Assembly (NCBI GenBank): GCA_012295275.1
Contig: CM022678.1
Coordinates: 14,570,001 to 14,634,000, forward strand
Source: Chrysomallon squamiferum
Taxonomy: Eukaryota; Animalia; Mollusca
Reading direction: 5' to 3'
Length of the DNA: 64,000 nt
Shown: positions 52,412-62,704 of the stretch, piece after piece
Position numbering within the stretch: position 1 is the stretch's first letter
How the letters are laid out: each line of letters begins with the position of its first letter
The notes under the pieces: model-generated
Told to the model about the DNA's origin: nothing
Databases searched by the model: none
The model's input: the letters and a program-made list of their open reading frames with translations, nothing else
Translations under genes and position numbers: made by a program

Positions 52412-53606
52412 AATGTATGCAGTGGTGTCGCCAGCATTTGTGAAAGAGATGATGGGAATCGGCTAACTGGTGCAAGTTAAACAAAAATGTTCAGGGTATA
52501 AGAACTTTGAACAATGTTCACATTACTTGTTTATCAAAAATACTCCTATAAAAAATTGCATCAAATGCATTAACTATTAACGAGTTTATTTTATTTGCAA
52601 TTAAATAAAATCAAAGTGTCTGTTGCCGGTGAGTTTTGTCTGGTTGTTCCATGAATTATATTCTTTACATGAATTTATACAAAATAACACACACACACAC
52701 ACACATTTTAAAAAGTTGTTTATGAATCTAGGATAACATAATTATTATACAGCTGCATGTTAAAACATTTGTAGCAATCACTGTAATTCTTGTGCAATAA
52801 TTTAGCTGTGCAGTACCTGCTACCGTACCCTTGATTACATAAGCATCGTGAGCAGCAGCAAATTTCAGAGGAATCGGATTGCGTCCCTTTGCAAATATGA
52901 CAGTTGTTGCTTTGACCACATTTTTTTTTTTTAGGGACACGACATGCGAACTGCTGATCCCAAAAGTGCAAAACAATGGCTGTCTAAACAAACAGGTGGC
53001 AGATATTGCTGCCATTACTGATGAATGGCTGGCAAACTCGTCGTAAGCCATAAGTGATGGTGGTCCAACCATCTGTTACAGTATGTAATGAGACCTTTGG
53101 TATGTATGTTTGTGCATAATGTATACATGCCCTTTGCAGGTATATACTGCAAGTAATAATGTTCATGTATGTGTGCATGAAATACAAACCAAAAATTAAC
53201 AGTATCATGGAATATTTTATTTTTATCCCTGCAAGAAAAGTGATGAATTATTGCTGAATTTATAACCACTGCACTAATAAATAAATGATTTAGCAAATAA
53301 AAATTAATGACAATAAAAGTACAGTAACAAAGGCTGGCAAGTAAGGGAAAAAACCATAAATGTTCTTTATTTGTTAATAACAAACAAAACGGTTTCTTAA
53401 AATATTAAATACAATCAAAATACAATGTGACAGTTGTTGCATACATCCTTGTTATTACATAGAAACTTAACTTACCTATGTAAGATGTTTCAAATTAGTG
53501 TTAACAAAAAGTATTATTATGTAAATAAAGAAATCACTTACTGTAGAGTAAGAGTTTTGTGATCGTCTTTGTTGCTACCATCGGTCAAACGAGGCAAGTC
53601 ACTCAT
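4027..53606 (-). CDS. NCOA2: Nuclear receptor coactivator (p160/SRC/taiman family; NCOA2-like), 23 coding exons, ~1868 aa
   Basis: Manual splicing gives an unbroken frame of 5607 nt: MSDLPRL..., b[27 protein letters not shown]...[52 protein letters not shown]...[18 protein letters not shown]...[12 protein letters not shown]...YRFKLQ...QTKSKLF, seven LxxLL boxes, polyQ, and C-terminal SLLQQLLSD*. All introns are GT-AG. Invertebrates usually have a single p160 orthologue, so the paralogue number in the symbol is nominal. Confidence 0.93.
4647..4783 (-). CDS. NCOA2: NCOA coding exon 22
   Basis: [21 protein letters not shown]...HKEPR; gtgagt donor. Confidence 0.88.
5215..5343 (-). CDS. NCOA2: NCOA coding exon 21
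   Basis: [43 protein letters not shown]; G|gtaag donor. Confidence 0.88.
5910..6148 (-). CDS. NCOA2: NCOA coding exon 20 ([12 protein letters not shown] motif, Q21 tract)
   Basis: Lies within ORF 5896..6177; A|gtgaga donor. Confidence 0.9.
6522..6810 (-). CDS. NCOA2: NCOA coding exon 19 (SP-rich)
   Basis: [25 protein letters not shown]...CGGME; GG|gtaagc donor. Confidence 0.9.
7072..7312 (-). CDS. NCOA2: NCOA coding exon 18
   Basis: [21 protein letters not shown]...[10 protein letters not shown]; G|gtcagt donor. Confidence 0.87.
7798..8016 (-). CDS. NCOA2: NCOA coding exon 17 (Q11 tract)
   Basis: [12 protein letters not shown]...LGMAQ; gtatgt donor. Confidence 0.88.
8288..8377 (-). CDS. 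NCOA2: NCOA coding exon 16 (absent from the ORF track)
   Basis: [30 protein letters not shown]; 90 nt, ggttttag acceptor, CAG|gtattg donor, symmetric phase 0. Confidence 0.85.
8770..8987 (-). CDS. NCOA2: NCOA coding exon 15 (Q-rich)
   Basis: [13 protein letters not shown]...QFGQRFPQ; weak CAG|gttttt donor but phase fits. Confidence 0.85.
9645..11052 (-). CDS. NCOA2: NCOA coding exon 14, largest (LDNLL, LAQLL, LLQQIL, basic RHRVQKKRK)
   Basis: Extends ORF 9595..10944 in frame to the gttattag acceptor at 11053-11054; G|gtaaat donor. Confidence 0.92.
11256..11423 (-). CDS. NCOA2: NCOA coding exon 13 (QLLSDE..., LQKLL)
   Basis: Lies within ORF 11184..11441; NAGNAG acceptor, gtgagt donor. Confidence 0.9.
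11692..12356 (-). CDS. NCOA2: NCOA coding exon 12 (LxxLL boxes LCELL, LKKLL and first half of LK|QLL)
   Basis: Lies within ORF 11629..12501; AAG|gtaaat donor. Confidence 0.92.
12774..13420 (-). CDS. NCOA2: NCOA coding exon 11 (S/T/N/Q-rich)
   Basis: Lies within ORF 12757..13449; aatttcag acceptor, G|gtaac donor. Confidence 0.9.
15432..15573 (-). CDS. NCOA2: NCOA coding exon 10 (end of PAS-B)
   Basis: [46 protein letters not shown]; AG|gtaagt. Confidence 0.94.
15852..15980. repeat. 26-bp minisatellite, ~5 copies
   Basis: caacaataaaatgtaacaatcagatt repeated. Confidence 0.9.
16054..16160 (-). CDS. NCOA2: NCOA coding exon 9 (PAS-B)
   Basis: [35 protein letters not shown]. Confidence 0.92.
16581..16710 (-). 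CDS. NCOA2: NCOA coding exon 8 (end of PAS-A / start of PAS-B)
   Basis: [42 protein letters not shown]. Confidence 0.94.
16971..17087 (-). CDS. NCOA2: NCOA coding exon 7
   Basis: [38 protein letters not shown]; phases consistent. Confidence 0.9.
17140..17308. repeat. (CT)n/(CA)n compound microsatellite
   Basis: Direct reading. Confidence 0.9.
17686..17851. repeat. 41-bp tandem repeat (~4 copies) overlapping the exon 6 donor
   Basis: gtaaacctacatggtgatttaaactgatcacaatgaaagtt starting at 17713, 17754, 17795 and 17836. Confidence 0.92.
17846..17926 (-). CDS. NCOA2: NCOA coding exon 6 (PAS-A)
   Basis: [26 protein letters not shown]. Confidence 0.93.
18324..18411 (-). CDS. NCOA2: NCOA coding exon 5 (PAS-A)
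   Basis: [29 protein letters not shown]. Confidence 0.93.
19930..20350. repeat. Degenerate ~40-bp tandem repeat
   Basis: Recurrent atatgtaaagatgtatataaaa(a/c)tatgag-like units. Confidence 0.65.
21355..23790. repeat. Compound minisatellite: ~70-bp conserved unit plus variable (CA)n, ~23 copies
   Basis: cagttcgaccccactgcatttatcattatcaaaaataccagaaccaatcttaattctcttagtatcattataa followed by (CA)n. Confidence 0.97.
24493..24582 (-). CDS. NCOA2: NCOA coding exon 4 (PAS-A)
   Basis: [30 protein letters not shown]; CAG|gtaagt. Confidence 0.95.
25235..25332 (-). CDS. NCOA2: NCOA coding exon 3 (bHLH-PAS linker)
   Basis: [32 protein letters not shown], resembling the p160 VQ.S.VSS...LGP.LLE motif. Confidence 0.93.
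26500..27510. repeat. GTGAA-rich satellite (agtgagtgaagtattatgtaa / agtgagtgaaaggagtga modules)
   Basis: Direct reading; degenerate on the left, homogeneous on the right. Confidence 0.95.
27517..27689 (-). CDS. NCOA2: NCOA coding exon 2, bHLH domain
   Basis: [57 protein letters not shown]; tttgtttcag acceptor, gtatgc donor. Confidence 0.95.
28805..29300. repeat. Degenerate ~70-100-bp tandem repeat
   Basis: Recurrent ttaaacacctca...ccttcaatat...caactcacacatt..tttgtttataaaaa. Confidence 0.75.
32024..32297. mobile_element. hAT/Charlie-like MITE remnant (274 bp)
   Basis: Imperfect TIRs CAGGCATGTCAAAAT / CAGGGGTGTTGAACT (reverse complement of the right end), subterminal GGCCC/GCAGCCC motifs, 8-bp flanks atctacat / atctatgt (6/8 match, NTCTANAN-like). 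Confidence 0.65.
36645..36830. repeat. (TG)n/(TA)n compound microsatellite
   Basis: Direct reading. Confidence 0.9.
37277..37570. repeat. 23-25-bp minisatellite
   Basis: tgtaat(t/g)tatgtatgctaacaca repeated. Confidence 0.9.
39880..40295. repeat. 34-bp then 31-bp minisatellite, ~13 copies
   Basis: acagatctgacatcactgaaa core repeated. Confidence 0.93.
44420..44590. repeat. (AAT)n microsatellite
   Basis: Direct reading. Confidence 0.95.
51965..52180. mobile_element. GC/CpG-rich structured island, probably a SINE-like retroelement 3' fragment
   Basis: Abrupt compositional shift, internal inverted repeat, ends in gcacgttaa followed by short T/ccat repeats; the family assignment is inference only. 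Confidence 0.4.
53542..53606 (-). CDS. NCOA2: NCOA coding exon 1 ([21 protein letters not shown]); the exon begins at 53629
   Basis: Acceptor ttcattgcag, donor CA|gtaagt; its phase 2 end matches the bHLH exon. Confidence 0.75.
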
Positions 53607-56259
53607 GCCGCACCATACTGTGGAAACATCTGCAATGAAACAACACGCATCAAATACTGTAAAAGATTAAATAGAGAAATAGAAGTAATTTTGTAAATAC
53701 AAAAAATAATAATAAAGTAGAAACTTTTCATAAAACAGGTATAATTTAATTCATGATTCAGTGTTAACAGAAAAATATTTCATGTTCCTTTGAAATACAT
53801 AGCTAAAATATTTAATATTATTGCAATATGAATTTACAGTTTTTATTTTTAAGGTCAAATGTAATTGTGAAATAGATAAAAACACAGAAAACTCAATTTT
53901 AACAGTATTTTAAAACAAAACCCCTAGCTTTTTCAAATATATATATAAAATTAGTATAAAGGGAGACAAGCATAATTTACTCTGCTTAAGCAAATTACAT
54001 CAGTTATACTTTTAGTTCTTTGATATGTCTACTGATTTGATAAACTGAAAACACATTAATTTCCAAATTCAGATATGTATCAAGACTGCATTCATCTGAC
54101 TGCTGTACACTTGACCTTGCATTTAACGGGCCCTTAATGCAAAATGTTAGAAACTTCATTCAAGGTCTGGGAAATACATAAATATTTCTGAATCGCCATC
54201 AACTCAGATAAAATTATTATGATTCCTATCATGGAGGGGGAGAAGCTCAATCTGCTGCCCAGTAAACTGAATTTAAAGTAAATTTTAGTTCTGTACCACA
54301 CTGTGAATTTAAAATTAGTTATTCTACATTATTTCTAACACTCTTTGGGGAAACTGTGTTTTTTCTCTTTTTTTTCCCTGAAACTTTTCCTGCAAATGTC
54401 AAGGTACATTAGTGGGATAACCAAATCATGGCTAGCAACCCATGTGCAATTTAATTTAATGTATAAATTCTAGAAATATATTGGACAAATTCAGTTTTGC
54501 TTTACAAATAATATTCATTAGCATGTTAACAGATGTAGCTTTTTCAGTAACCAGTTTTCAGCAACTTATAAAAGGAAAATGATACTTTACTATATAAACT
54601 GCATTACTTTTCCAGTTTTCATGAACCAAAAATTACCAGATCATCTGAATTTACTTAACAATTTTTAACAATTTTCTTTCCATACTGAAAAATACATCTG
54701 GTGAGGTTAGTTTAGTTAAAGTGTATCAATTTCATCATTCCAAAATTATACATTATTCTCAATTTTATTTTTATTTTTTTCTAAGATTCTACATTACAAA
54801 AAAGTTGTACATGAAGCCTTAATTACTATATGAAAATGGCCACAGAATGTCCAAAAATAATTAACCTAGAGACCAGAAGAAGTAGAAAAACCTATGCACA
54901 ATGTTCATTCTCCTTCTAAGATGTGCAATAAAAAATTCTGCCTCACATTTTAATTTACAAAATATGATTTGAACACTTCTAATTTTGTTCAAAAGTTTCA
55001 GTGGGTTGGATAAGTTAGAGCTGTCAGGGCATCATAATGGATTAATAAAAATATGATAGGATGCACCAGATAATCTGTTTTGATTCCATATATTATTCCA
55101 GCTAACAGGTGCAATGAAAAGTCAACAAAACAATGCTATAGACAACGTTACTCCCAATAGTTGTTTTATATAGCAGTACTGGCCCAACAACAATCTCAGC
55201 AAAATTATAAGTCAAGTATTTCCTGAAAGCAATGAACTTCTGGGACAGAACAGAATCTATCAGTTATACATTTCCTACATTAATAAAAATAATATGCCTA
55301 TTTTATTTTCTCAATTTATTTTGTGCATTCTAAAGTTCTTATGCATAGCATGTAAAGTTATTGAAATAATGCAAGTATTCAAAATACCTATTGAAACATT
55401 TCAATTAGATAGGAATTGGGTTTTTTTGTTGTTTTTATCAGTAACTGAGTAAGTCACTTTATCCTTTAACTGCTGAGGTAATTCCAAACTATACATACCT
55501 ATAAAGTAATAAATTTATTCTGTAAAACAGATTGTTCTGAATGTTTAGGGTACCATCTCAGATTTTTTTCATTTTCCTTTTTAAATATATCTATTGTATT
55601 AAAAATGCACATATTGTATGCAAGACCATCTACACCATTTTGAAGTAATCATTTAAAAGAAATATTATGCATTAGACTAAAATTATACTGATAGCTTTGT
55701 AACAGTTAACTGTTATTACTATATGTTTTACATTTAATGTGTAAAATATTGTTTGTATAACCTTGTACAAATTGCCTAAAAATTATTTTTAATGAAACGT
55801 TTCAAGTACATAATGCATTTTTCTGATATAATAAGTCAGAGCAAGCAGTATCACATCTACTCTAAAGAATGTCTATGCCCAGTTCTTTTTTTAAACATTC
55901 TTTAATCTTTTATCAATTATAAAAATTAAATGGTGATGTGCATCTTCCAATTCTGCCATATGAAAATTATCATGCTAAAAGTTACTCAATTTCTCCGAGC
56001 AAAATACATTAAACAGCTAGTATTTTAAAGAAAAATAACATTGTTACATTATTACAATTAGATGTAGGGCACTTGTTCTTTAATTAATGCTTATTACGGT
56101 AATTCGTAGAACCAAGTTACCTTAATTTTACAAATTAATAAGAAATATCTGTTAACAAAAACATATGTTTGCAATTGTTAGCAGAGAAAACAGATGGTGA
56201 CATTCTGTCTTTTTTTTTTTGTGTTCAGATTTCGATTTAGCAAACTTTTAATATCTTTC

Positions 56260-56700
56260 ATAGTCTGAGTGACAAGTGTTAAGTGACGTCAAATCTCGAC
56301 GATACTCAACCAAAACATTGATAAACTACTAGACTCTAGTAAATATCCATTTGTTGTGCCTTATGAAAATGATTACAATATATAAATAAGCAAAGATTAT
56401 AAGCGTATTACCACTGTCAACGAGTCTGTATATGAATCTGCGTTCTATGTTTTTCGCCAAAACATAGTACACACAAATCGGCCATATTTGTCGTTCGCTT
56501 AATCTCTGACGGTCATATTACTTACCGGAAAAAACGGAGAAAAAAAGAAACAAAAAGAAACAAAAATAGCTAAAAAAAAAAAAATACTACTACTACTACT
56601 ACTTCTACTACTACTACTACTACTAATAATAATAATAATAAATAAATAAATAAATAAATAAATAATAATAAAAAGAAAAGAAAGAAATAGACCCGGAAAA
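56260..56700 (-). promoter_or_regulatory. Probable NCOA promoter / non-coding first exon
   Basis: Local CpG enrichment in a CpG-poor window; Ets-like CCGGAA at 56525 and ~56693; YY1-like AAATATGGCC (minus, 56480-56489); palindromic CRE TGACGTCA 56284-56291; candidate donors GTG|gtaata (56411) and CCG|gtaagt (56525). Confidence 0.5.
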
Positions 56701-57170
56701 TAATTAAACGAAAATAAAAATTATTTTTATTTCCTTTACTGTTTCGTTAACCATTATAGCAAGGTATGAGTACAGTCCTTCCATTCTGTAGAAGCACTGT
56801 TCTCCTTTAACTGAGCTTTTTTTTTTCTTTCTCTTTATTTTGCTTCAGTATCTACCCTTATGTATGTTTTCATATATTAAGTAGTTGCAATGTTAAAGTA
56901 ATTGTATTTATTACAAATTAAAGGATGTTCTTTTTTCTTTTTTTGTATGTATGTGTGAATTAAAGTTAACTAGTAAGTACCTTTAAGATATATAAAACAA
57001 ATCCTTTTCTAAAGCGAATAACAAAATTATTATTATTATAATTATTATTATTATTATTATTATTAAACCATTATTTAATACTTGATGAATAACTGATAAA
57101 AAACTAGTGAAATAGTTTAGTTTGTGTTGAAGGGTCAAGGTCAATATAACTTGGCGTCATGTTTGTCCAC

Positions 57171-57221
<51 letters not shown>

Positions 57222-57539
57222 CGTCATCATCATCACACACTCATTTAGGATTGATTATACTAAGTTGATATTCAGTACAGGCAATTTATTTTCAAAGCAA
57301 TAAGTAACTGGTGTTCAATGAATAGGAAATATTTAAAAGTCCATTTATAAAATCAGAGCGAATATTGTTTTATTCATTATATTCAATAAGGTATATACAT
57401 TAAGTACTTCGGAAAAATAAAAATTATAACAATATTTGCATTATAATTCGAACAGTTTATTTCATAATGATTTCAAAAATGCTTTTACACTAAGTTAGTA
57501 TTATTATTATTATAAGTGTTGTTGTTGTTGTTTATCTGT

Positions 57540-57543
<4 letters not shown>

Positions 57544-57600
<57 letters not shown>
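57544..57600. repeat. (AG)n microsatellite
   Basis: Direct reading. Confidence 0.95.
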
Positions 57601-57604
<4 letters not shown>

Positions 57605-58231
57605 ACTGAGGCACAACGTAGGCCTAGCCTTCTAGTTCGTTACATAATAAGACCGAATTTATTTTGTCGTTATATTTTTAATATGTGGTCGCCCGCATAC
57701 ACATATAAACATTCGTTTCTTCTCATGCGTATCGTTTGTGTATTCAGAAAAACCGATTCGACAAGGATAATTATTTTGTTACTGTCTGAAGTTACTTGTC
57801 ATTATTTTGCACCTATTTTATTTTTAATTAACGTCATCAGGCCAACTATTATTATTTCAGTTATTATTACTTCTTTAATAATTAATTTTTTATTTTATTT
57901 ATTTATTTATTTATTATTATTACTTGTTTTAAGTGATTTACACCCATTCGGTCGAACTGCTAAAACAACAAATGTGGTCTTACTGACATGCATGTTGTTA
58001 CCTCAAACATTATAATGAACTATTCCATAATAGCTGGAAACCGATTATTACTGTATAGATGGTATGGATGTTATTTATTGCATAAAGTTTGCAAATATGA
58101 CAAATAACGAATAATCCATGTATGTCTCTAAATAACTAAAAAAGAAGGTATTCATCTAAAAAAAAAAATTTCACAAAAAGCAATTACTGCTTCGTGAGTG
58201 GACCAATAGCGGCCAGATACTGCAGGGATGC

Positions 58232-58370
58232 CTTGGTTCTGTCGTTTGGTGCATCTCCGATATGCGGTTTTCTCATTAACGCGATTTTGACTGCAGGTAT
58301 AACCATGTAATAAAACTCGTTGTTTTCCATGATTCGACTGCACAAATTCTACCTTGCATAAATCAGCCAT
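58232..58370 (-). pseudogene. Degenerate FLYWCH zinc-finger fragment, likely a MULE transposase remnant
   Basis: MADLCKVEFVQSNHGKQRVLLHGYTCSQNRVNEKTAYRRCTKR fits the FLYWCH pattern F..S.(R)G...L...GY.(Y)...Y(W)RC, with W>R and Y>C changes and no second Cys/His. Confidence 0.6.
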
Positions 58371-61300
58371 TCTCGGAATGATAAGTTTGATTGGTTTGTT
58401 TTTCAAAAAACATGTTATATATGTATTCAAGAGTTCATGGAAAACACATATAGGTAAATAAACCATTATCCGTCGCTAATGAAAGATTGTATATACAGTT
58501 TTATTCACAAAATGCCATGGAGAAACTATGAACAACTATAACCAGGCCATGTTCATTACATAAACTGATAATCAGATTTATGTACACTGGTAAATAAACC
58601 ATTGTCCGTCTATAATCAAAACACGAAGTGGCCATGTTCATTACCTTCACAGGTATTTCGGTTGACGACACCGATTTAAACCAGCTGCAAATTTAAACGA
58701 AATCAGTGTATATAAAGATTTAAAATTTCAGAAAGCGTTCTCCAACCATTTCGCGACATATAAACACCGCGGAAAAAAACCTTGCAGTTTGTTAACCGAT
58801 TTTAGACAAAATACAAAATAGAGAATATACGGCTTGCATGTTAATAATAATTATCTTATTTTTGTTAAAATTAACGTAATTTAATTAAACAACATTTAAC
58901 CAGTTAATGCAAATATAGATATGTATTAAAATTAAATGTATTGATATCGAGTGACTGTAGCATTTGTCTTAATAAAATACTAGCTCAAGAATAAAACATT
59001 ACATGTGACCATTGACAGCAGTTTAATAATTATTCACTTACTTTGCCGTTCAGTTCTACAAATATTGTGAGTGCCAACATTTAAGTTGTTTTATATAATT
59101 CAACATAATTATTTATAGTGCATAGATTATTTATTTACTTATTTTTTAAATTTATTTACGGTATATCGGTAACGTTAATTTTGACCCCAAAATGCATCAA
59201 ATTCTATTACAGAAGTTCATTTACAAATAAATCTCACATATAAACAAGTTTTTATTCACAACTGTCTAAACGATCAAATTATAAAAAAAAAAAAAAAAAA
59301 TAGTAGTTGTAATAAACATACTATGTAAATAATAAGAAACAAATAACAGATCATGGATAAGTTTATTTCATGATCACAAATGGTCATACACAATTTATAC
59401 AGCATGTATAGTCACAAAGCTATAGTTCCATCGTGGAGCACAAAATTATCATCTATTGTGCTTAGCCACAAGTCAAAGCAATAACTATATTTTATATATT
59501 TATATATATATAAATATATTTTAAAAATAATAAAAAATAATAAAAAAAATTGAAGATTTTTTTTTTTTTTTTTTTTTTAACTCAAATTCAAACCCCAATA
59601 ACACAAAATAAATTTATAATTGGTGCCTTGTTAGTGTTTAATTACAAACTAAATGCTTTACAAAACACACATGAAACAGCAAGCAGGTTGAGAAAGATGA
59701 ACCTATTACAACCCAGCATATTTTAAATGGAAACTAAGCTAAAAATACAATACTCTTTATTCACAATATCCTAATGTGACTAGAAATATAAACTGAGGTT
59801 AATTAAAAAGTTTTTAAAGAAAAAATAATGAAAAAGAAGAAAATAATTTTTTTTTTTTTTTTTGCCCCAAATAAAGAAGTAGTGAGAAAAAAAGAATGAA
59901 AAAGAAAAAAGATGGAGGAGGAAACCTTTTAAACCTCTTTTGTTTGGGAGGACATGTTAAGGGGAATTATGTATTAAAATATTTTCTACTGTGGCAATGA
60001 TTGATAAATATACAGTTTTAAATTTTTAATCTTGACAAATATACACATGCTGGGTATAATACATATTACAATATACATAATGATTTGCCTTTGTTTTGTT
60101 TGTTTTTTTGTCTTTTTTTAAAATAAAAATATGATGCAACACCTAAATTTCAATGGGATTTTAATATAAAAATGTTCAATCTAACTCAGACATGACCCTC
60201 ATTTCCAAAGTAGCTGTGTAACTCACTCAGGATCAATCTGTGAAACCAGATACAATATTTTTACAGCATTTCTCAACTACTCTAGCTATTAATAAACAAG
60301 AATAAAGGTTAAAAAAAATAAAGACCATTATATATAATGAAGCATATTAGTTGAAATTATTTGATTTAAATATTAAAAAAGAAAGTTTTATAATAATAAA
60401 ATGCAATACAAAACATCAAGTTAGACATTCAATTTAATAAAAGAAAATTTTTATTTTCAGTGGCCCAAATTATATATTTGTGAACAAAATTTATGCATTA
60501 ACACTATGAAAAATTCCTTAAAAAGAAATAAAAACAGGAAATCTGAAGCATGTAGTTTTTAATTATAATATAAACATTTATTTCTTTTGTGTTTTGCCCC
60601 ATATATTATTATTTTTTTGTTTGTTATTAATTGCAGAAATTTGATTTTCTTTAGATTATATTTACATTTATGTAAATTTTCAGGCATTTTTTTTTTTTTT
60701 TTTTTTTTTTACATTAGGTATCTATGAACCTACACAAAATAGCATTTGCATTATACAATATTAGTAGCATATTTATTTACAAAGAGATATAAAGCTTACA
60801 AATATATTTCCTAAAACTGGTGAATGGTCTCTTCTGAGAAAAGACAAAGTATTAGTAATCTGTCAAATTTAAATATGTCTCTTAATTTATCATCCAATGT
60901 CATTTCTAAATATTTTGCTTAGGCTGCTGCATCCAAAATCATTCTAATAAAGTTTCATGAATGTATATATATATATGTGTAATTAAGCTCACCGAAAATG
61001 ACATCACCTCTAAACAAACATAATTCATGCAAAATTTCTAATTTTATGTAACAGTTAAATTACTGAACAATTGATAACGGTCCCAATTTCAGTGTAGTGT
61101 GCACATATTAACAAGAATTTAGTTCGCACTAAACAATGACATTTGTACATGATGGCTGTTCTGTGATGCTTAGTGCATGATTCTGTACACTTTATAAAGG
61201 AAAAAAAAGAATAACGTCACAAAATACTTCCCATTTACAAGAAAATGTACAACTGTACAGATGTCAAAATCTACAATTGAAATAATGTATAAATGTACAT

Positions 61301-62669
61301 CTATTAAGATTACGCAGTTCATTTACATTATCAGAACAAATATTACAATTTCTACACAATATGAATGAAAAGACAAAGCGCTAATAAATCACACACATAC
61401 ATACCTACATACATGCGTTACCAAGACAATCACATGCAATACTCTGCATACTAACCACATTGTGATGGTAACTACAGGCTCTGCATCACCATCAAGATGA
61501 CTACTGAATCAGATGTTTACATGTTTGTATTAACATGAGACTATGGTAGACTTTTTACACTGCAAAATCTTGGAGGTGACTGTACAAATATTTATCAAAG
61601 GAATTGTGTATTTCATACAATAGCACCAATATAATGTGTGTTCTTTCTTTACAATACTGAGGGTTTTTAAATTTTTATTTATTTATACATTTATACAGAT
61701 CTGGTAGAAAAACGATAAGGCCATGAAGGATTCCATGCACTCTTTCAAATGAATCTTATTAACATAATATAAAATAGTTTTATACATCTTATTTTTACAA
61801 AGAGAATGTAAAGCTTAGAGACTAAGCTTCTGAATCATGGAAGTGATTTACAATGTGAGCTATCAATGTTCATGACTTTTTAAATTTTTACAAAAATGTA
61901 CATTGTGCTTATTTACACTTTACATAGTAGCTAATTTGCTTACATGTATTAAAAGTTTTATATATCTTTACTTTTTTTTATTGTTATTTTTTTTGCATAG
62001 GCAAATGACTGGGAATAAAAAAAAAAAAAAAATTTAAAAAAAGATCTAGGTTTGGTATAATAATAGATAACAAACATCTAGCTGATTATCTAATCTGATC
62101 CAAAATATGTACAAGTCAGAAAATGTTTTTGATTTAAAAAAAAAAAAAAAAAAATAATAATAATAATAAAAGATCAATTAAAACTACAGGAAAAAATGCG
62201 AATAGAAATAATTGAGGGAGGGGAATGAAAATATTATCTCGATTAATTTGTAATCTCTATTTTACTATTATCTTGGCTTTGTTATTTCTTTTTCAATTAA
62301 AAATTAAATTTTTTGGATTCACAAATTTGATTTCAGTTTAAAATTTACCAATTTGGCTACTAAAACAATTATACAAAATATCTAACAAAAATTCTGTACT
62401 AAATCTACTTTTTACACTCAGGTTAATTTAATCAGTAATTAAAATATCAAGGGAATTATATTATCCATGTAACAGAGTGAATGATATGTTTGAAATGTAA
62501 TATACACTAATGTAGAAAATATGAGAAATTGTAAAGTCACATCGTCAGATAGCAATATAAAATTTGAGACTGACATTTGATATATTAAATAGGGTACATT
62601 GATTTCACTATTTTTATTTGAATGACTCGTTTACTGACATGATTGTTACAGTCAGAACCCCTTTTAACA

Positions 62670-62704
<35 letters not shown>

